In this document: positions 18,021 to 24,606 of the stretch, one piece after another | Layout of the letters: every line of letters begins with the position of its first letter | Position numbering within the stretch: position 1 is the first letter of the stretch | Assembly: GCA_965372715.1 (NCBI GenBank) | Contig: CBDVDH010000006.1 | Span: 62,001-86,606 of the forward strand | Direction: 5' to 3' | Length of the DNA stretch: 24,606 nucleotides | Source: an uncultured bacterium | GTDB taxonomy: Bacteria; B130-G9 | The notes under the pieces: generated by a model | Told to the model about the DNA's origin: nothing | What the model saw: only the letters and a program-made list of their open reading frames with translations | The model's database searches: none | Made by a program: the position numbers and the translations under genes

Positions 18021-18245
18021 TCTAACGCACCGCGTTTCAACGCGGTGATATAAATGAATCTCATTATTCTAACACCCGAATTCATTCGGGTGACCAGAGA
18101 AGCCCGGACGCTCTGTCCTTCCTTTCCGGAAGTCTTATATGGATAAGAGAGAGGAAAATGTCGGGCAGCCCCAGATCCCCCATCTGAAGATGGGGGTTAG
18201 GATAATGATAGCCATCTTGTATCGCCTCGGCTGAAGCCGGACGAT
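18021..18245. repeat. Cluster of four hairpins with TTCA/TGAA loops (REP-like)
   Basis: CACCGCGT-TTCA-ACGCGGTG (18028-18047), CACCCGAA-TTCA-TTCGGGTG (18073-18092), CCCCCATC-TGAA-GATGGGGG (18177-18196) and CGGC-TGAA-GCCG (18228-18239). Confidence 0.75.
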
Positions 18246-18257
18246 GCTGGCCCCCAT

Positions 18258-19034
18258 TCACACGAGCAACCGGTGGTCGCCAGAGAAAAACTGCCTCGCC
18301 GTCAGTTGCGATACGATCGTTGCGACGACCGTTGCCTGACAGAGAATCAGATAGAACACGACGACCTGTATGAAGACAGCGTCGAAGACGTCGGCCCCGG
18401 CGATTATCATCCCCGTCATCGCCCCGGGCAGGTGGACGATACCCACCAGCTTGAGCGAGACGAGCGTGGGGGCTAATGTGCGCCTCAGCGAGAGACGAAG
18501 GTGCTGCTGCATCGCCTGCGACGACGTTGCGCCGAGGCAGAGCGCCGCCTCAATCCTGGCTTTGTTGGCTGCGACCTCGTCCTTGACCCGCCCGAACGCA
18601 AGCGTCCCTACCTTGGCGCCCGCGCCGATAGCAATCCCCGCGAGCGGAATCAGCGTTCTTGGCTCGGACGGCACAATAGAAAGCCCGGCGAGCAAACCGA
18701 CCGAAAGAAGCGTCCCCAACGCCATCGCGACGAACGCAATCATCTGGGCGTGGGGCACATCCGGGGCGGACCGGGCGCACGTGAACGCGCCGACCATAGT
18801 CATTGCGGAAAGAAGGATTACGATCGATTGGATGCTCTTGAGCCCGAACACAATGTTCAGCACGTAGCCGACCACCATGAGCTGGATAAACACTCGGGCC
18901 GTCCCGATCAGGAGGTCCTTCTCTAAACCAAGATTTTGCTTTCGCGAAAGGACAAGTGCAATCCCGACAAACACAAGAGCAGTCAGGACCTGCTTCCAGT
19001 CAAGATTCTGCCAAACGGCTGTGAATTCATCCAT
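18258..19034 (-). CDS. fetB: UPF0014/YbbM (FetB-like) ABC transporter permease
   Basis: LGLEKDLLIGTARVFIQLMVVGYVL, IPLAGIAIG, IEAALCLGAT and VGIVHLPGAMTGMIIAGAD. Confidence 0.85.
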   Translation of the reverse strand: MDEFTAVWQNLDWKQVLTALVFVGIALVLSRKQNLGLEKDLLIGTARVFIQLMVVGYVLNIVFGLKSIQSIVILLSAMTMVGAFTCARSAPDVPHAQMIAFVAMALGTLLSVGLLAGLSIVPSEPRTLIPLAGIAIGAGAKVGTLAFGRVKDEVAANKARIEAALCLGATSSQAMQQHLRLSLRRTLAPTLVSLKLVGIVHLPGAMTGMIIAGADVFDAVFIQVVVFYLILCQATVVATIVSQLTARQFFSGDHRLLV

Positions 19035-19093
19035 CAGGCATTTCCTCCGTATGGCCGGTGCTTGGAGGCTGGGTCATAAGTCGATGCAGTTGT

Positions 19094-19208
19094 GTAGGGG
19101 CGGTGCTTGCCCCGCCCTTCTCTGATGTGACCGAACGTATCAAGGGTGGGGCAAGCGGCACCCCTACATGCCGATTCCTATGAAGGGCGGGGCAAGCACC
19201 GCCCCTAC
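19094..19208. repeat. Three GTAG-type REP-like elements
   Basis: GTAGGGGCGGTGCTTGCCCCGCCC at 19094-19117, an inverted variant at 19144-19167, and the exact reverse complement of the first at 19185-19208. Confidence 0.85.
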
Positions 19209-19259
19209 ATGACATCCCCCTCGTCATACGACCAGAATCCGAGCCACCGCATCGCGGCA

Positions 19260-19805
19260 TCAGCCGTCTCCCAGCAGCTCGTCACGGTTGAAAAGCGCAA
19301 AGACCCTGTATCCCTTCGCCTCGATGTTCTCCTTTCCGCCCTCCATGCGGTCCAGAAGCGTTATCACCTCAACTACCTTGCACCCTTGCGCCTCAACCGC
19401 CTCGACCGCCTCAAGCGCCGACCGACCCGTGGTCGTGACGTCCTCAACGACGACCACGTCGGCATCCTCTGGCAGCGGGCCCTCGATCTGCTTGCCCGTC
19501 CCGTGCCCCTTGACCTTCTTTCGCACGATGAAGGCGTCAACAGGGTAGCCCTCGTCCCAGCTCAATGCCGAAGCCGCGCTCGCTATCGGGTCTGCGCCGA
19601 GCGTCATGCCGCCAACGTGCCGAACTCCGAGCTCCCTAAGCCGCGACACGACGAGGCGCCCGACGAGGTTGAGGCCTTCCGGTGAAAGCGTTGTCATCTT
19701 GCAATCGACGTAATAGCTGCTCGTCCCGCCGGAGGACAGCTTAAAATGCCCCCTCTTGAGCGATCTTTCTTTCAGTATCTGCAAAAGCCGCTCTCTTGCT
19801 TGCAT
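19260..19805 (-). CDS. pyrE: Orotate phosphoribosyltransferase
   Basis: GHFKLSSGGTSSYYVD, GGMTLGADPI, VRKKVKGHGT and the PRPP-binding VVVEDVTTTGRS. Confidence 0.96.
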   Translation of the reverse strand: MQARERLLQILKERSLKRGHFKLSSGGTSSYYVDCKMTTLSPEGLNLVGRLVVSRLRELGVRHVGGMTLGADPIASAASALSWDEGYPVDAFIVRKKVKGHGTGKQIEGPLPEDADVVVVEDVTTTGRSALEAVEAVEAQGCKVVEVITLLDRMEGGKENIEAKGYRVFALFNRDELLGDG

Positions 19806-19848
19806 TGCTCTCTCTCCAATTTACTCAGGTGACGTTGTCCGATTCACA

Positions 19849-19883
19849 GTTCCAAGTTTCAAGTTTCGAGTTTCAAGTTTCAA
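19849..19883. repeat. Heptamer tandem repeat, about (GTTTCAA)5
   Basis: gttccaa gtttcaa gtttcga gtttcaa gtttcaa, just upstream of pyrE. Confidence 0.85.
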
Positions 19884-20005
19884 GTCGAAGATTCGACGCA
19901 CTGCGAATCTCAGGTCTGAAGCTTGATGTGGAGAAGAGGTCAAACGCGGTGGGGCGATTTCGAACCTATTGGCCATCGCGCACGCGCGTATGAAATCCGC
20001 AGTTC

Positions 20006-22402
20006 TTAATCCGCTATCGGGCCGATCGGGCTGGTCCCTGAGCCGGGGCCTCGCTTGAAGCAAAAGCCAAAGCAATCAACGCCTGACATCGAAGGGGACA
20101 TTCGACCTGTATCGACACGGACCTTGATCGCGGTGGTTGCCAAACGCCGAAACGAGTATTCATACACACCCGCGAATCTCTCTCCGTAAAGCGCATTTCT
20201 GTATTCGTGAAGCATGGACTCAACCATAATCTGAACCTCCTCGAAAGCGCCGGCCGGGTTCTGCACAGACACGGCCGGGACGGGGATATGGCCTTCTATC
20301 GGGTGGCGAAAATCGAGGAAAATGCCATCGACAATGGTCGGCTGAACGAATGTGATCAGTATCTCGTTATCGTCAACGCGCTTGACTTCTGCCCGACCAG
20401 AAGGCCTCACGTCACCGAATGGTCCTGCCCACCTCGCGTCGCCGTGCCCAAACGAGGCCTCAAAGACAAGCGTGCGACTCTCAAGCAAAGGTCCGATGGT
20501 CTCGTTCTTTCTCGACGGCTCAGTTTGCAGAACCCAGCAATCATCAAAGTGCCTGACCACGCTCAGCGTCGAGCGCTGCTCGTTCGCGGGCAGGGGGCCG
20601 TAGCCCTCAATGGGCGGCCCGTCCAGCTCATCCAGATGCAAGAGTAGATATTTGACACCGATCTCATTCAGAAGCTCCCCCGGCCACTTGGATATGTCCC
20701 GGCCAGAAAAGGCCCTCTTGACAACCGCATTCTCCGGCGGGAAATAGCGGCTGTACCCGTTCACGATCTTCTTGTTGTGGAACAGCGCATAGTACTGGTA
20801 TATCGCCTCCTGCCAAATAGACGGAACATCCAGGATCACAAACTCCTCGTCTTGCTGAGCAAGCCATTTATAGCAGGCTGGCATATTGGCTCTGGTGAGG
20901 GCTGGCTGATGTGCCAGAGGCAGCTCTGGCAAGACCGTCAAAAGCGCAAAGGCAACGACCGCTACCCGGAAGACATTTGTGGTCTTGGGCAGCGACTTGT
21001 CAGCCAAGAAAGTCTCAATCCTCTTGACCGCAAAGGCCAGCAGCATCCAAAAAGCAAAGGTGAAAAGGAACCAGAACCTCACGGGGGCCCTGATGGCCCC
21101 GAATGGTGGGACTGCACGGGCCAGCAACGCGAAAGGCCCTTGTCCATAGCAGCGCCCTGCCAGAGTAATAGTGTCCCCAAATGCCAGGAAATACGCCGCA
21201 AAAGCTATCACAAGATAAAGCGCCTCCTCATCGGAGAGGCGCTGCATGAACCTGCCGGCCTTAAGCTTGCGAACCGACATTGCCGTGAGCCCGGTCAGCA
21301 GAAAGGCGCAAACCGGATAAGCGAGGGAGAGAGGAGCAGATTGAGCGCGAAAGACTCGAATGTCGAAATGATTAATGACGAAGCCCGCCAGCATAATCGC
21401 GAGCGAGACGCGATTTGCCGCGACAACCAACCATAGCAATCGAGGGCGGCCCCGCTCTTGTCTCTCTGAACCGACATCAGCCGCGCGAGAGCGCCACCAA
21501 AGCAGCAGCCAACCGGCCACAAGAAGGCCAACGCACACCGGGCCTGGAAATGGGAGACTCAGCCTTGCTATCATGCCCGGCGGCTGCCTATGCTGCAGAA
21601 GTCTATCGAGCAGCCTGAAGTAGGGCAGTATCGGCCAGATTACTAGCGCACCAAATATCAAGACAAACAAGGGGGATGCGAAATACTTGGAAATCGAAAC
21701 GTGGGCAGTTGTTCTTGAGCGGCCAGTCCCTTGTACCGCCCCGTCGGCGCGATCCTGCCAATACTGGGAAAGCGTCATGAAAAGAAAAATTAGAAAAACA
21801 GCAAAAGAAAAGATCAGGCCAAGATATACGCAGCTTAGCGTCTGGATAGCATAAAACACTGCCGCCAAGATGATATATCGCGCCCGTGGGGTCCGCCAGT
21901 GCTTGTGAAGACAGATCATCGTAAGTGGCAACCAGTAGGTCGTGACAGTCTGAAGCGCATGCATGCTGTGCATCATATAGACCCAGAACGCGTTGAATAT
22001 GCCGGCAACGACGGCAGCCGTTGTCGAGCCAGTGAGATACTTGGCCAACAGGTAGGTAAGAAGGCCGGTCAAAAAGAAACTCAGAAGCAGCGCGAAGTTA
22101 TGCCCCGCGATTGGATTCTCGGTCAGTGCAGTCACAGGCCAGCTGATGATGGCGATTGGAAGTATCGTTTCGGAATAGGCAAGTACCTCTTTCCTGGGAT
22201 AGAAATAGTGTCCCTCATAGAGCTCTGACCACTCGCCGTTGGCGATATGTTCCTGTATCCGATACATGGTCGAGGCGTTCAGCAGGCAGTCAATATGCTC
22301 GGGAACGACCCCACCGGGGGACGTCGAAAACGGCTGGAGGAAATACAACGTGCAGCCAAGAAACAAGAGTATTACGAGGGCGGGCCTAAGAAACCGTCTC
22401 AT
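20006..22402 (-). CDS. Large polytopic membrane protein, putative GT-C/YfhO-like glycosyltransferase
   Basis: D...N...FYPRKEVLAYSE, LLSFFLTGLLTYLLAKYLTGS...AGIF, IRAPVRF, YKWLAQQ...ILDVP...H.KKIVNGYSRYFPP and GVKYLLLH. The start is reassigned to ATG 22402 (GGAG RBS, MRRFLRPALVILL) because the upstream 32 codons overlay a pyrE relic. Confidence 0.7.
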   Translation of the reverse strand: MRRFLRPALVILLFLGCTLYFLQPFSTSPGGVVPEHIDCLLNASTMYRIQEHIANGEWSELYEGHYFYPRKEVLAYSETILPIAIISWPVTALTENPIAGHNFALLLSFFLTGLLTYLLAKYLTGSTTAAVVAGIFNAFWVYMMHSMHALQTVTTYWLPLTMICLHKHWRTPRARYIILAAVFYAIQTLSCVYLGLIFSFAVFLIFLFMTLSQYWQDRADGAVQGTGRSRTTAHVSISKYFASPLFVLIFGALVIWPILPYFRLLDRLLQHRQPPGMIARLSLPFPGPVCVGLLVAGWLLLWWRSRAADVGSERQERGRPRLLWLVVAANRVSLAIMLAGFVINHFDIRVFRAQSAPLSLAYPVCAFLLTGLTAMSVRKLKAGRFMQRLSDEEALYLVIAFAAYFLAFGDTITLAGRCYGQGPFALLARAVPPFGAIRAPVRFWFLFTFAFWMLLAFAVKRIETFLADKSLPKTTNVFRVAVVAFALLTVLPELPLAHQPALTRANMPACYKWLAQQDEEFVILDVPSIWQEAIYQYYALFHNKKIVNGYSRYFPPENAVVKRAFSGRDISKWPGELLNEIGVKYLLLHLDELDGPPIEGYGPLPANEQRSTLSVVRHFDDCWVLQTEPSRKNETIGPLLESRTLVFEASFGHGDARWAGPFGDVRPSGRAEVKRVDDNEILITFVQPTIVDGIFLDFRHPIEGHIPVPAVSVQNPAGAFEEVQIMVESMLHEYRNALYGERFAGVYEYSFRRLATTAIKVRVDTGRMSPSMSGVDCFGFCFKRGPGSGTSPIGPIAD

Positions 22403-22599
22403 TTGCGTGCTCCGCAAACGCCGAGCTCCTTCTGCCGTGACACGACGAGGCGCCTGATGAGGTTCAGGCCATTCGGCGAAGGTGTTGTCATCCTGCAATC
22501 GACGTAGTAGCTGCTAGTCCCGCCGGAGGACAGCTTAAAATGCCCCCTCTTGAGGGACCGCTCCCGCAGCAGTTCCAGCAGCCGTTCTCGTGGCTCCGT
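22399..22599 (-). pseudogene. Degenerate, truncated copy of the pyrE 5' end
   Basis: Translates to TEPRERLLELLRERSLKRGHFKLSSGGTSSYYVDCRMTTPSPNGLNLIRRLVVSRQKELGVCGARK*, against PyrE MQARERLLQILKERSLKRGHFKLSSGGTSSYYVDCKMTTLSPEGLNLVGRLVVSRLRELGV. The start position is ACG. A 38-bp block is identical between 22517-22554 and 19723-19760. Confidence 0.92.
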
Positions 22600-22652
22600 A
22601 GTATTCGCCCCATTCAGCTACACGCTTGTGATTACTGACAGTCTGAATGAAA

Positions 22653-22680
22653 ACTATATTACGGCGCCTCCATGAGTCAA
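22653..22680 (-). promoter_or_regulatory. Sigma70-type promoter upstream of the pyrE relic
   Basis: The minus strand reads TTGACT (22680-22675), 16 nt, TATAGT (22658-22653). Confidence 0.5.
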
Positions 22681-23034
22681 CAGTGATTGGGGAGGGGTTT
22701 CCGCAACACGGAAATGGTAGAAAAGGACAAAGGGAAAAAAGGAGAAGAGGGACTGGTCTGCCCCACTGTAAAGGCTCCAAATCCCCCCTCACGAACGCGG
22801 GACGGCCCGTCGCGCGGCGCTCGTTCTGATCGGCAACGTCCTGTTTCCCGGATCGCCGCCTACAACATAGAAAAGCGATTCAACAGAGGGCGGTGCCAGG
22901 TCACCGGCAAACAAATTCGCCGCGCGGTGAACGCACTCCAAAATATCACCCTCCGATTGAATCTGATTATTGGAGCCTCACTCCTGGACCTTGCCAGCGG
23001 GGGCCGGTGAAGCTACATTGCCAGAACATCTCAT

Positions 23035-23280
23035 TTGGAACCCCCTGCGGCGCGTTATTTGAGATTTCCAGCGGCGGTTGCAGTTGTTCTCACGTTTTCG
23101 GGTTTCTTGCCCCGTCTCGTTCATTCAGGCGAGCAAAACGAGCCACGAGGCCGGCGGAGATGTCCCATTGACATGGTTGCTGCTGACACATTCTGCATTG
23201 ACACGTATGAGCACCCAGGCACGCTGGGCGTGAAGCCTCGCAACCTCGTGACCTACACTGAGGCGCTCTGAACGTGTGCG
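23035..23280 (+). pseudogene. Truncated SUMF1/FGE-sulfatase-like domain gene fragment
   Basis: Signal-like N-terminus, then CPIDMVAADTFCIDTYEHPGTLGVKPRNLVTYTEAL*TC. This resembles the FGE-family start CPxxMV...FCIDxYEYP...P...VTwxEA...C. The rest of the domain is absent. Confidence 0.6.
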
Positions 23281-23408
23281 CTGACGATCGTCAGCACAGC
23301 GCTCGTATCGTTCTCAAATACTCTCTACAAGGCCTGCCGTTCACCGGATAAACACCTGGCAGGACGCCCCGGTTCCGATGTGCCCGGTGCCGCCCACCCG
23401 AGAACTGG

Positions 23409-23432
23409 GGTCAATAGGTCAATGGGTCAATG
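23409..23432. repeat. Octamer tandem repeat (GGTCAATR)3
   Basis: ggtcaata ggtcaatg ggtcaatg. Confidence 0.7.
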
Positions 23433-23472
23433 AGGGGCGAGAATACCGTCACGCACAGTGCGTTACATTGCA

Positions 23473-24606
23473 CTAGTTGTCGTTCGGAACAGCCCCGGAG
23501 CGCTTCAGGCTTTGTAGGTGGATTGCGGGTTTGAGAAGAGGCGCCCCTGGTTTTGCTGGTCCTCGCTTTCGCACCAGCGGCTCCCGACGAATGCGCATCG
23601 CGGCGAGATAGGGAAGGGCATCCTCATCCACGAGACCTGTGGTGATCAAGACTACCTCTTTCGCACTGAGCCAGTGGAGTCGTTGTCGGAGCAAAAACGT
23701 CGCCTGTCCGGCCTCGATCTTCTTCACCGCCCGGCCGACAGGACTCCCGTTCCTCTCTCGATACCATTCCAGCCAGGCGAACTGTGACGGCAACCGGGTC
23801 GGCTGGGCGAACATGACGGAGATAAGGTCATACGCAACCGTGTCCAACGGGGCATCTTCCGTGTCCAGACACCCGACGGTTTGCTGATCGATATCGCAGG
23901 CCACAAACCTCGCTCCCGATTGGCCGGGAGGACCGTTGAATGCGAAGGATAGCATGTCCGGTCGCGGCATCAGGTAAGAGGCCCGCCGCGCCCTAAGGAG
24001 CGCCTCGACGTCATCACGGCGAGTGATCTGCCCGTCGATCTGCTCCATTACAACAAGCTCACTCAGTTCAGTATCAGGGGCTTCGGCGATCTTCTCAAGC
24101 ACGTTCTTAATCGGAACGAATCTAAGCTCTCGGCCGGAGAGGAGCATTGCGAAAGCCCGAACATCGTCAAAAAAGACTGGCTCGCCCTCCTTGACGAATT
24201 CCTGCTTAGTCGTAACTACTGTGAGCGGGGCGTTTCCTTGGGGTAACTGAGCGACGAGACTCTTTGCCAGGCACCTACCCTTCCCGCTAAATCTACACAG
24301 CCAGGGGAAGTCCATCGCCAGACCAAAATTGCCAGCCGCAATGAGGGCCACCAGCAGGAGGCCCAGGACGCTTGAGGCCCGGAGCCGCCCTCTTCTCCAG
24401 CTATGTAGTAGCAGAACGAGTGCCAACGCAAGCCCTCCCAGGACAAATACGGGGCTCGGGCCGTCCTGCTTCACGAACGCGTACAACGTGCCGCCCGCCA
24501 GTGCAACGAGTAACCCGATCTGAAGCGAAGCAATTCTGGGCCTGGGCCTCTCCTCGAACGTCTTTAGGACCAAGACCAGCATAAGCGCAAATGCGACGCT
24601 GGCGGG
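23473..24606 (-). CDS. Membrane protein of unknown function (5' end outside window)
   Basis: The frame is open to the window edge (PASVAFALMLVLVL...). Several TM helices are followed by a soluble C-terminal region. Confidence 0.7.
   Translation of the reverse strand, partial: PASVAFALMLVLVLKTFEERPRPRIASLQIGLLVALAGGTLYAFVKQDGPSPVFVLGGLALALVLLLHSWRRGRLRASSVLGLLLVALIAAGNFGLAMDFPWLCRFSGKGRCLAKSLVAQLPQGNAPLTVVTTKQEFVKEGEPVFFDDVRAFAMLLSGRELRFVPIKNVLEKIAEAPDTELSELVVMEQIDGQITRRDDVEALLRARRASYLMPRPDMLSFAFNGPPGQSGARFVACDIDQQTVGCLDTEDAPLDTVAYDLISVMFAQPTRLPSQFAWLEWYRERNGSPVGRAVKKIEAGQATFLLRQRLHWLSAKEVVLITTGLVDEDALPYLAAMRIRREPLVRKRGPAKPGAPLLKPAIHLQSLKRSGAVPNDN

Noticed and set aside
18021-19208. Palindromic repeat clusters as a CRISPR array
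   Set aside because: The copies are inverted relative to each other, irregularly spaced and not identical, and there are no cas genes.
19821-20075. 84-aa ORF containing LKLETRNLKL
   Set aside because: The periodic peptide is simply the translation of the heptamer repeat.
22403-22498. N-terminal 32 aa of the 830-aa ORF
   Set aside because: It is an alternative-frame reading of the pyrE relic. ATG 22402 has an RBS and begins a signal/TM segment.
23269-23271. In-frame TGA as selenocysteine or readthrough
   Set aside because: The TGA is not at the Cys position (TGT follows two codons later), and family similarity ends right afterwards. The thioredoxin-like genes all use ordinary Cys codons.

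Overview
Bacterial window of roughly 55-60% GC (estimated by eye), probably from an anaerobe. From 1 to 6394 is a + strand arsenic-resistance/thiol-redox cluster: ArsP-type permease (5'-truncated by the window edge), small thioredoxin-like proteins, a SurA-like/thioredoxin lipoprotein, CcdA, Acr3 and two ArsF-like CxxC proteins, with an internal partial duplication. Next come a CDF metal transporter and a 1413-aa double-activase/DUF2229/dehydratase Fe-S protein with the architecture of PlsA/Ger ether-lipid synthases. That gene overlaps by one base with a GT-C-like membrane glycosyltransferase gene. A DNA methyltransferase with an Mrr-like C-terminal domain is followed by an overlapping DUF4145 (HEPN-like) gene, a candidate defence pair. 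The - strand carries cdd, a FetB-like permease, pyrE, a large GT-C/YfhO-like membrane protein, a degenerate copy of the pyrE 5' end and another partial membrane protein. Intergenic regions hold several families of REP-like palindromes and short tandem repeats, and one REP copy lies in frame inside a coding sequence. I found no rRNA, tRNA, CRISPR array, integrase or transposase. Family assignments come from motif recognition, not database searches.
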